From contig CAWEAL010000003.1 of the NCBI GenBank assembly GCA_963807035.1, positions 430,716 to 494,715 on the forward strand: a stretch of 64,000 nucleotides of DNA, in the 5' to 3' direction. The notes below the pieces were generated by a model that was given only the letters and a program-made list of their open reading frames with translations, was not told the origin of the DNA and searched no databases. Below, piece after piece: positions 1 to 7,487 of the stretch. A program made the translations under genes and the position numbers. The stretch's first letter is position 1; every line of letters starts with the position of its first letter. This DNA comes from an uncultured Chloroflexia bacterium (GTDB taxonomy: Bacteria > Chloroflexota > Limnocylindria > Limnocylindrales > CSP1-4).

Positions 1-156
1 CTCGCCCCGAAGTGCGTCGCCCTCGGCTACTGCGACGAGATGGGCAACCGCGACGAGCACTGTCCGATCCGGCCCCACAAGGACAACGTCCTGGGCGCCT
101 GGGCCGACAAGGCCAAGGCGGCCCGCGCCGCCGGCCGGGACCTGCCGGTCACCTGA
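1..156 (+). CDS. 3' end of an unidentified Cys-rich protein (partial, runs off window start)
   Basis: Frame 1 is open from nt 1 to TGA at 154-156. The tail LAPKCVALGYCDEMGNRDEHCPIRPHKDNVLGAWADKAKAARAAGRDLPVT has normal composition and 3 Cys. The family is not recognisable from 51 aa. Confidence 0.3.
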   Translation, partial: LAPKCVALGYCDEMGNRDEHCPIRPHKDNVLGAWADKAKAARAAGRDLPVT

Positions 157-240
157 GCTTGTCAGGGGCTCGCAGGCGCGCGGCCTGGGTACGTCGCGCC
201 CCGCTCCCAGGACGGACGGCGGCGGCAATCGCCCGGGCGT

Positions 241-660
241 TCAGGGCCGGGGCAAGGGCTCCAGCTCAACCAGCTCGCGACGCCAGGCGGGAGGCTCGAA
301 GGTTGAGCCGAAGCCGTCGGTCTTGCCCACGATCCGGCCTGCCCGGAACTCGAACAGGCTGATGTTCCGCCAGGGGATCCCGTCGCCATAGTCGGCAGTC
401 CACACGGCCGCGACCAGGTCCGGCCCGCCGATGATCCGGTGGACGAGGACGTGCGGCAGGTTCGGCGTGCGGGCCACGACGATCGAGATCGCCGGCTTGC
501 CCCGGATCACCTCGCCGCTGCCCGGCCAGGACCAGACCGCGTCGTCGGCCAGGCCGGCCACGATCGCGGCGACGTCGCGGGCGTTGACCGCGGCGAAGTA
601 GCGCTCGACCGCGGCCCGCTCTGCTCCTCCGGTCGCCGGTGCTTCGTCCATGGCCGACAC
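241..660 (-). CDS. SnoaL-like / NTF2-fold protein
   Basis: 139-aa ORF. The opening AERAAVERYFAAVNARDVAAIVAGLADDAVW is typical of SnoaL/NTF2-like domains. GGGAG lies 8 nt upstream of the internal ATG at 651, so the true start may be 651. It sits 6 nt downstream of ORF 667-921 on the same strand. Confidence 0.75.
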   Translation of the reverse strand: MSAMDEAPATGGAERAAVERYFAAVNARDVAAIVAGLADDAVWSWPGSGEVIRGKPAISIVVARTPNLPHVLVHRIIGGPDLVAAVWTADYGDGIPWRNISLFEFRAGRIVGKTDGFGSTFEPPAWRRELVELEPLPRP

Positions 661-666
661 TCCCGG

Positions 667-921
667 TCAGTAGTAGTCCGAGCAGGACAGGAAGTAGCCG
701 CAGCGGCAGACCAGCTTGCATTTGCGCTCGTCCATCGCCGCGCCGCAGTTCGCACAGGTCAGGATCAGGGTGCCGGGATCGGCCGGGGCACCCGCCCCGG
801 CCAAACGGCCCGCTGCGTCGGAGCGGGCTCCAACAGCTCCCGGGGCGCTCCCATCCGGCCCGGCCCCGAGCCGCGCCTCGGGCTCGTCGTCCAGGATCCG
901 GATCCACGTCCTGGCCATCAC
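667..921 (-). CDS. small Cys-rich (zinc-ribbon-like) protein, unknown function
   Basis: 84-aa ORF. Its start (GTG 921 or ATG 918) overlaps the TGA (918-920) of the upstream cyclase gene. The C-terminus TCANCGAAMDERKCKLVCRCGYFLSCSDYY has 6 Cys. The N-terminal half is Ala/Gly/Pro low complexity. Confidence 0.5.
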   Translation of the reverse strand: MMARTWIRILDDEPEARLGAGPDGSAPGAVGARSDAAGRLAGAGAPADPGTLILTCANCGAAMDERKCKLVCRCGYFLSCSDYY

Positions 922-3725
922 TGGTCGCCCTCGAGGGCGTAGGCGACGGCCTCGGCCAGGCTCATCGCCCGGCCCTCGGCCGCGTATCGTTCGAGGTCCT
1001 CGGCCGTCAGCAACGAGCGGGTCGTGGGCTGCGCATTCGCCTCGTCGAGCTCGTCGACGAGATCCGACAGGTTGGCGCCGGTCGTCAGGGCCAGCGCACG
1101 AGCGGCCCCGTGGAGCCGGGCGGATCGAGGCAGGTCGCCCCGCACAGCGGCCAGGGCCGAGTAGTCGTCCAGGACGAGGGTGAGAGCCGTCGCATCACCG
1201 GCCGCCTCGAAGTGGTGGATCGCCGGTCGAATGTGGCTCTCCGCCTCGTCGATCTGCCCGATCCGCAGGAGGGCGGTGCCGAGCATGTGCTGCGACCAGG
1301 CGGCCATCGTCTCGTCGCCGGTCGCCTGAAACAGGTCGAGGGCTTCGCGGAAGCTCGCCGCAGCGACATCGCTCTGCAGGTGGAAGTGGTACCAGTTGCC
1401 GACGACCCAGATCGCGTTTGCCGCGCCGTGGCGGTCGCCGAGCTCCCGGTACGTCGTCAGCGCCTCCTCCATCATGGCCAGGCCCTCGCGGTCGGGATCG
1501 ATGCTGGCGGCATCACCCGGGTCGTTGCTGAATACGAACGAGAACGACGCGTTATACAGGGCGTTCGCGATCTCGGCCCGATCGCCGACCGCCCGCCAGT
1601 GCTCGAGTGCCTCGCCGTAGAAGCGGGTCATCGCCGGGAGGTCGGCCTGCCACCAGGCGATCCCGCCGAGCGCCTCCATCAGCCGCGCCCGGAGCGCCGG
1701 GTCGGCGCTGGACCAGGGCTGCTCGGCGATCCGGTCGAGGCGACGCCGGCCCTCCGCGAGGTAACCGCGCTTCTGCCAGAAGCGCCACAGGGCGAACCCG
1801 AGCCGGATGGCCAGCCCCGGATCGGGCCGGGCGGTGGCCCATTCAAGCGACGCCCGAAGGTTGTCGTGCTCCACGTCGAACCGGTCGAGCCATTCTCGCT
1901 GGTCGCTGCCCGAGAGCTTCGACGCAGCGTCCTCGGCGAGGGCGAGGAACGCCCGCGCATGGCGCTCGCAGATCGCGCCGGCCTCGTCTGAGGCGGTCAG
2001 GCGCTCCCCTGCAAACGCCCGGATCGTCTCGAGCATTCGGAAGCGCGGCTCGCCGGCGACCTCCTCGGCCCGGACCAGGCTCTGGTCGACGAGCGCGCCG
2101 AGCCCGTCGAGCACGTCGATCCCGAGCTCGTCGGCCGGACCGCAGATCGTCTCGGCCATCTCGAGGCTGCAGCCACCGGCGAAGACGGACAGGCGGGCAA
2201 GCAGCAGGCGCAACGGTTGATCGAGGAGGTCGTAGCTCCAGGCGATCGCGCCCCGCAGGGTCTGCTGCCGCTCGGGCAGGTCGCGGGCACCGCCGCCCAG
2301 CGCCGCGAGCTGGTCGCGCAGCCGTTCGAGGATCGACTCGGGCGGCAGGAGCTTGACCCTGGCGGCTGCCAGCTCGATCGCCAGGGGCATGCCCTGCAGG
2401 CGGGCGACGATCCCGGCGATCGCGGCCGCGTTGTCAGCCGAGAGGCGGAAGCCCGGCTTGACCGCACCGGCCCGGGCGACGAACAGACGGACCGATTCGA
2501 ACTGGCCGAGGGCCTCCGGATCGGGCGCCCCCTCATCGGACAGGCGGGCACGGTCGAGTGCGCCGAGGGTCGAGGGATCCGGCGGCGTTGGCAGGCCGGG
2601 GACCGGGTATTCCTGCTCGCCCGACACATGGAGCGGGGATCGGCTCGACACGATCACCTTCAGGCCGGTCGTCGCCCGGAGCAGCTCCCCGACCATCGTC
2701 GCGGCCTCGATCACCTGCTCGAAGTTGTCGAGGACCAGCAGGATCTTCCGTTCGCCGATCCAGCCAGCCAGGCGGTCGCCGATCGGGACCGTGCTGTCCT
2801 CGGCCAGTCCGACCACGGCGGCGATCGTCGACCCGACGAGGGCCGCCTCGCGGATCGGTTCGAGCGCGACGAAGTAGACGCCGTCCGGGAATCCCTCGGC
2901 GGCCGCTGCTGCCAGCTGGAGCGACAGGCGGGTCTTGCCCGTGCCGCCCGGCCCGGTCAGGGTCAGCAGGCGGGTCGCCCGGAGCATCGCCCCGGTCTCC
3001 TCCAGTTCCGCCGCCCGGCCGACGAACGAGGTCAGCTGGGTCGGCAGGTTGTTCGGACGGTTGTCGAGCGAGCGGATCGGCCGGGAATCGCCGGCCAGCC
3101 CCTCGATCTCGAGGATCGCCAGGTGCTCCGGCCGCAGATCCTTCAGGCGATGCTCGCCCAGGTCGCGGGTGCTGACGCCGGTCGGCAGGCCGTCGGCGAC
3201 CAGAACGGCCGTGGCAGACGACAGGACGACCTGGCCGCCGTTGGCCGCAGCCCCGATCCGGGCCGCCCGGTTCACGTCTGCTCCCACGTAGGTCCCCGCG
3301 GCCAGGACGCCAAGCCCGGTGTGCAGCCCGATCCGGACCCGGACGGTCCCGACACCGTGGGGGAACGTGGCCGAGGCCAGGGCCCGCTGGGCGTCGACGG
3401 CGGCCGCTACGGCCTCGGGTGCGGCCCGGAAGACGACGAAGAACGAGTCTCCCTCGGTGCCCGCCTCGGTCCCGCCGTGGGCGGCCCAGGCCGCCCGAAG
3501 CAGCTGACGATGGACGGTCAGGACGTCGCCGTAGCACTCCGGCCCGAGCCGCTGGACGAGCTGGGTCGAACCTTCGATGTCGCTGAAGAGGAAGGTCACG
3601 GTGCCGTCCGGCAGGCTGGCGCCGGACGCGACCGGGCGCTCCGGGTCGCTCACGGATCCGTCAGGGCTGGCTGTCATCGATCGATCGGGGCATGGATTCC
3701 TCGTCGGTCGGCCGGATCGGCCCAC
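918..3725 (-). CDS. class III adenylate/guanylate cyclase domain - STAND (NB-ARC/AAA) P-loop NTPase - TPR repeat protein
   Basis: Intact 935-aa ORF. Cyclase motifs are VTFLFSDIEGST, EGDSFFVVF, IGLHTG and GADVNRAARI. The P-loop is LTLTGPGGTGKTRLSLQLA. The C-terminal ~330 aa are TPR-like helical repeats (NALYNASFSF, AIWVVGNWYH, LGTALLRIGQIDEA). GGAGG lies 8 nt upstream of GTG 3725. Confidence 0.9.
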   Translation of the reverse strand: MGRSGRPTRNPCPDRSMTASPDGSVSDPERPVASGASLPDGTVTFLFSDIEGSTQLVQRLGPECYGDVLTVHRQLLRAAWAAHGGTEAGTEGDSFFVVFRAAPEAVAAAVDAQRALASATFPHGVGTVRVRIGLHTGLGVLAAGTYVGADVNRAARIGAAANGGQVVLSSATAVLVADGLPTGVSTRDLGEHRLKDLRPEHLAILEIEGLAGDSRPIRSLDNRPNNLPTQLTSFVGRAAELEETGAMLRATRLLTLTGPGGTGKTRLSLQLAAAAAEGFPDGVYFVALEPIREAALVGSTIAAVVGLAEDSTVPIGDRLAGWIGERKILLVLDNFEQVIEAATMVGELLRATTGLKVIVSSRSPLHVSGEQEYPVPGLPTPPDPSTLGALDRARLSDEGAPDPEALGQFESVRLFVARAGAVKPGFRLSADNAAAIAGIVARLQGMPLAIELAAARVKLLPPESILERLRDQLAALGGGARDLPERQQTLRGAIAWSYDLLDQPLRLLLARLSVFAGGCSLEMAETICGPADELGIDVLDGLGALVDQSLVRAEEVAGEPRFRMLETIRAFAGERLTASDEAGAICERHARAFLALAEDAASKLSGSDQREWLDRFDVEHDNLRASLEWATARPDPGLAIRLGFALWRFWQKRGYLAEGRRRLDRIAEQPWSSADPALRARLMEALGGIAWWQADLPAMTRFYGEALEHWRAVGDRAEIANALYNASFSFVFSNDPGDAASIDPDREGLAMMEEALTTYRELGDRHGAANAIWVVGNWYHFHLQSDVAAASFREALDLFQATGDETMAAWSQHMLGTALLRIGQIDEAESHIRPAIHHFEAAGDATALTLVLDDYSALAAVRGDLPRSARLHGAARALALTTGANLSDLVDELDEANAQPTTRSLLTAEDLERYAAEGRAMSLAEAVAYALEGDQ

Positions 3726-3805
3726 CCGGCTCGCCTCCAGCGTATACGATGGCAGAACGCGGCTGGTGGCGGGACGCTCGGCCGGCAGGAGGGTAGATCG
3801 GAACG

Positions 3806-4228
3806 ATGGCCGAACAGGATCAGATCGCCGACAAGCTGGCCGGGTTCGCCCTGTTCGCCGACCTGTCCACGCCGCAGATCCAGGGCGTCGTCCATACGTT
3901 CGAGGAGGCCCTGTTCCCGGACGGCGACCGCGTCCTCCGCCAGGGGCTGACCGGCAGCGGCTTCTACCTCATCCTCGAGGGGGAGGCGTCGATCCGGGTC
4001 GACGGCGAGGAGCGCGCCCGGCTGGCCCGGGGCGACTTCTTCGGCGAGGTCTCGATCCTGCTCGGCGAGCCGCCCATCGCCGATGTCGTCGCGGTGGGCT
4101 CACTGCGCTGTCTGGTCCTGGCCGGGCCGTCCGTCCAGAAGTTCCTCATCGCCCACCCGGGGGTGATGTACCGGATGCTGCAGGCCCCGGCTCGGCGCCT
4201 TCGGAACGCGAACCGTTGGCGGAGCTGA
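3806..4228 (+). CDS. stand-alone cyclic-nucleotide-binding (CAP/CNB) domain protein
   Basis: 140-aa ORF. FADLSTPQIQGVV...DRVLRQG..GSGFYLILEGEASI...RGDFFGEVSILLGEPPIADVVA fits the CNB beta-barrel and phosphate-binding-cassette layout. No output domain is present. Confidence 0.85.
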   Translation: MAEQDQIADKLAGFALFADLSTPQIQGVVHTFEEALFPDGDRVLRQGLTGSGFYLILEGEASIRVDGEERARLARGDFFGEVSILLGEPPIADVVAVGSLRCLVLAGPSVQKFLIAHPGVMYRMLQAPARRLRNANRWRS

Positions 4229-5754
4229 ACGCCCGCCCGTTTCCCGCCGGGCGACTACCCGGTCATCGTCGTCGGCAGCGGACCCGGCGGCCTCCAGGCC
4301 TCGTCGGCGCTGCGTGGGTTCGGCGTCGATCACGCGGTGCTGTCGGCGGACACGGCGCCCGGCGGCATGTTCCGGCGCTGGCCGTTCTTCCAGCGCCTGC
4401 TGTCGTGGACCAAGCCCTACGCGCCGGTCGCGCGGCACCCGCGCCTACGAGCGCTACGACTGGAACAGCCTGATCCCCGAGCCGACGAGCACCGGGCGCG
4501 ATCCAGCCGAGCTGATGGACGGCACGTCCTACTTCCCGTCGCGGCCCGAGATGGAGGCCGACGCTCGACGCCTTCGCCGAGCGGACCGGGATCGCCGTCC
4601 GCTACGGCTGCCGCTGGACCGCGACCCGCGCGGCCCGACGACGGCCGTTCGTGCTCGAGACGACCGACGGCGAGTACCGCGCCGGGACGCTGGTGCTCGC
4701 GGTCGGCGTCGCCGAGCCGTGGCAGCCCGACCACGCCCGGCATCGAGCTGGCCGCCCACTACGCCGACACCCGCCCGGTCGAGACGTACGCCGACAAGCG
4801 GGTGTTCATCATCGGCAAGCAGAACTCCGGCTTCGAGCTGGCGACCGGGCTGCTGCCTGGGCGCAGCGGATCGTCCTCGCCTCGCCCTCGCCCGGCCGCA
4901 GCTGTCCGTCCAGACCCAGTCGCTCGTCGGCATCCGGGCGCGCTACGTGCAGCCGTTCGAGGACCACGTCCTGGGCGGCGGCGTCGCCATCCTGGACGCG
5001 TCGATCGAGCGGATCGAGCGCGGCGGCGACGAGGGCGGCTTCCGGGTCGTCACCCGGCGCCGTCCGACAACGGCCGAGATGACCGTCGAGGCCGACGAGG
5101 TGATCGCCGCGACCGGCTTCGTGGCGCCCGCTGCGGGACCTGCCCGACGCTGGGCGTCGCGACCTTCGGCCAGAGCCGGCTGCCGGCCCAGACGCCGTTC
5201 TGGGAGAGCACGACGGTGCCCGGGCATCTACTTCGCCGGGACGATCAGCCAGGGCTCGGCCGGCCTGAAGAAGCACGGCATCCCGTCCAACTCGGGCGCC
5301 GTCCACGGCGCCCGCTACAACGCCCGGGTCCTGGCCCGCCACATCGCCACGACCCGCTTCGGGGCCATGGTCGACCGGCCGGTCCTCGAGCGGGCGAACG
5401 TGCTCGGGCTTCCTGCTCGGGGAGCTGACCGATGGCCCGGAGCTGTGGCACCAGCAGGCGTACCTGGCCCGGGTCGTCAGCCTCGACCCGGCGGACGGCA
5501 TCCGCGACGAGGGGATCGTGCCGCTCGCCTGGTTCGTCGACGCGGGCGGGCCGGATGCGGTGGCCGTCACGCTCGAGACCGACGGTACCGGGGCCGTCTA
5601 CCCGGTGATCTACCTGCGCCGCGACGGGGCGATCAGCGAGCACGCGATCGACGCGGACCCGCTCCTGAACTACCGCACGCCCGCCGCCAGGGCGGCGCTC
5701 GATGCGATCCTCGCCCCGGTCCTCGGGGGAGTGGTCGCCAGCGCCGGTTCGTAA
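4216..5754 (+). pseudogene. FAD/NAD(P)-binding oxidoreductase (pyridine-nucleotide-disulfide / flavin monooxygenase-like); reading frame broken at least 8 times, probably by assembly indels
   Basis: Recognisable pieces are spread over three frames: YPVIVVGSGPGGLQAS (GxGxxG), APGGMFRRWPFFQRLLSWTKPY, YERYDWNSLI, TDGEYRAGTLVLAVGVAEPW, KRVFIIGKQNSGFELATGLLP, ADEVIAATGF, IYFAGTISQGSAGLKKHG and the C-terminal ORF 5518-5754. A possible TTG start at 4216 overlaps the CNB gene end. Confidence 0.65.
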
Positions 5755-5851
5755 CCCGTCTCGCGCCGCTCGTCCGGGGGGTGGACGCGGAGGAGGCGGC
5801 GCGACCCGCCGACGGTCGTGTCAGCCGCTCGCGGCTACTACGCTGCGAATC

Positions 5852-5885
5852 AGCCGTTGACGGCTAACTATCGTTGGGTTAGCCT
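5852..5885 (+). promoter_or_regulatory. predicted satD promoter (-35 TTGACG 5857-5862, 17-nt spacer, -10 TAGCCT 5880-5885) overlapped by two inverted repeats (candidate operator)
   Basis: The -10 lies 6 nt upstream of GTG 5892 (leaderless geometry). The inverted repeats are AGCCGT-TG-ACGGCT (5852-5865) and GGCTAAC-N9-GTTAGCC (5862-5884). Confidence 0.45.
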
Positions 5886-5891
5886 CCAGCG

Positions 5892-6533
5892 GTGAATTCG
5901 ACCCAGGGGATCGTGATCTTCGGCGACGTGATCCACTCAAGGCGCGATCCGGCCGGCTCGTCCGAGTGGCTGCGCTCGCTGTGCGGGGAGCTCGAGCGCC
6001 TCTACGGCAGCCAGGCCCTGGCACCGTTCGGCTTCACCCAGGGTGACGAGCTACAGGGCCTGCTCAAGCTGGCCGCCGACCCGCTCGCGATCGTCTTTCG
6101 GGGCTCGCTCGGCAGTGCCGCCCGGAAGATGCGCTGGGCGATCGCCTGCGGCCCGATCGAGCCCGGCCGCGGACCGGCGACCCAGCGGACCGGCGAGGCG
6201 TTCATCCGGGCCCGGGCAGCTATCCAGGAGAGCCGCCGGCAGCGGTCGAGCCTGCGGATCGTGACCGGCGATCCCGCAGTCGATGACCTGCTCGACGATC
6301 TCGCCCCGGTCCTCGGCCGGGCCCTCGACGATCTGAGCCCGACCCAGCGCCGGGTCGCCGCCCTCATCCTCGTCGACGGCCTGCGCCGCTCGGAGGTGGC
6401 CGACCGGCTGCACGTCAGCCGCGCAACAGTGTCGGTCGCGGCCGACCGCGGCGGGGTACCCTCCCTCGAACGGTTGGCGCGGGCGATCCGGACCCTGATG
6501 ACCCGGAGCCGGCCGGCCGCGACGGGGCCCTGA
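5892..6533 (+). CDS. SatD-family protein (cyclase-fold-like N-domain + C-terminal sigma70-region-4-like HTH)
   Basis: 213-aa ORF. IVIFGDVIHSRR and FTQGDELQGLL resemble nucleotide-cyclase-fold metal motifs. LSPTQRRVAALILVDGLRRSEVADRLHVSRATVS is an HTH. The stop overlaps the next gene start (TGATG at 6531-6535). Confidence 0.7.
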   Translation: MNSTQGIVIFGDVIHSRRDPAGSSEWLRSLCGELERLYGSQALAPFGFTQGDELQGLLKLAADPLAIVFRGSLGSAARKMRWAIACGPIEPGRGPATQRTGEAFIRARAAIQESRRQRSSLRIVTGDPAVDDLLDDLAPVLGRALDDLSPTQRRVAALILVDGLRRSEVADRLHVSRATVSVAADRGGVPSLERLARAIRTLMTRSRPAATGP

Positions 6534-7459
6534 TGTCACAGACCGCGATCCTGCTCATCGCCCTGGCCATGCTCGCCCATCTCGTCGCCGACTTCGTGTT
6601 CCAGACCGACGCGATCGCCGAGGCGAAGGCGGCGACCGACGGTCGGGCCTGGCGAGGCCTCGGGCTCCACTCCGGGATCGTGGCCGTCTGCCTCCTGCCG
6701 TTCGTGGCCGCCTACGGCGGCCGAGGGCTGGCCTTCCTCGTCGTCGTCTCTATCGCCCACGGTCTGATCGACCGGACGAAGGTTGTCCTCAGCCGGCGCG
6801 CCGTCCACGCGGCGTCGGCTCGCTCGGCTGCGCTCGGAGCGGCCGTGTCGCCCGCCCCGCCGGCGGCTCCGGATCTGCCGGCCACTACCGAACCGTCCGC
6901 CGCGCGGTCCACTGCCGACGCGCCTGGAGACCGGGCCTGGACGCCGCTCCCGGCGGCTCTCTTCCTGGCCGACCAGGCGGCCCATTTCATCGTGTTCATC
7001 GCCGGCGCGAGCGTGCTGCTGCTCGGTGAGCCGACGCTGGCCGCCTGGCAGGACGCCGTCCAGGCGATCGGCGGCCGGCTCCTTCCGGTCGACCAGCCCG
7101 AGACGGCCCTGATCGTGGCCGTCATCCTCGTCGACCTCGCGATCATCAACATCCGGGGCGGCCTGTTCATGGTGGGCACGCTCCTTGCGCCGCACGGCCC
7201 GGCGGCCGGGTCGGATCCCGGCCCGGCGCGGGTCGGGGCGACGATCGGCGTGCTCGAGCGGCTGATCGTGTGCGCCCTCGTCCTGAGCGGGCAGGCGGCC
7301 GCGATCGGCTTCGTCATTGCCGCGAAGACGCTGGCACGCTTCCGTCAGCTCGACGATCGCCACTTCGCCGAGTACTACCTCGTCGGCACCCTGGCGAGCG
7401 TCACCCTCGCCCTGTCCACATCGCTCGTCGCCCAGGCCGCGATCCTCGCCCTGCACTGA
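6533..7459 (+). CDS. DUF3307-family integral membrane protein
   Basis: 308-aa ORF. The N-terminal LAHLVADFVFQTD...HGLIDRTK motif is typical of DUF3307. It has several hydrophobic helices and an Ala/Pro-rich internal linker. It is translationally coupled to the SatD-like gene. Confidence 0.65.
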   Translation: MSQTAILLIALAMLAHLVADFVFQTDAIAEAKAATDGRAWRGLGLHSGIVAVCLLPFVAAYGGRGLAFLVVVSIAHGLIDRTKVVLSRRAVHAASARSAALGAAVSPAPPAAPDLPATTEPSAARSTADAPGDRAWTPLPAALFLADQAAHFIVFIAGASVLLLGEPTLAAWQDAVQAIGGRLLPVDQPETALIVAVILVDLAIINIRGGLFMVGTLLAPHGPAAGSDPGPARVGATIGVLERLIVCALVLSGQAAAIGFVIAAKTLARFRQLDDRHFAEYYLVGTLASVTLALSTSLVAQAAILALH

Positions 7460-7487
7460 GCGCAATGGCCCGAGCCCAGGCGCCGGT

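Noticed and set aside
1-921. A RiPP-like scenario: the Cys-rich partial ORF (1-156) as a radical-SAM/SPASM tail and the 84-aa Cys-rich ORF as a precursor peptide.
   Set aside because: The two ORFs are on opposite strands and separated by another gene. The 51-aa fragment does not show a complete SPASM Cys pattern. The small ORF is coupled to the cyclase gene instead.
639-3950. Long plus-strand ORFs (639-1991, 1607-2356, 2217-3950) antisense to the cyclase-STAND gene.
   Set aside because: Their translations are Arg/Pro/Gly/Ala-dominated with no motifs, the typical stop-codon-poor shadow frames of ~70% GC DNA. The minus-strand frame carries clear cyclase, P-loop and TPR motifs.
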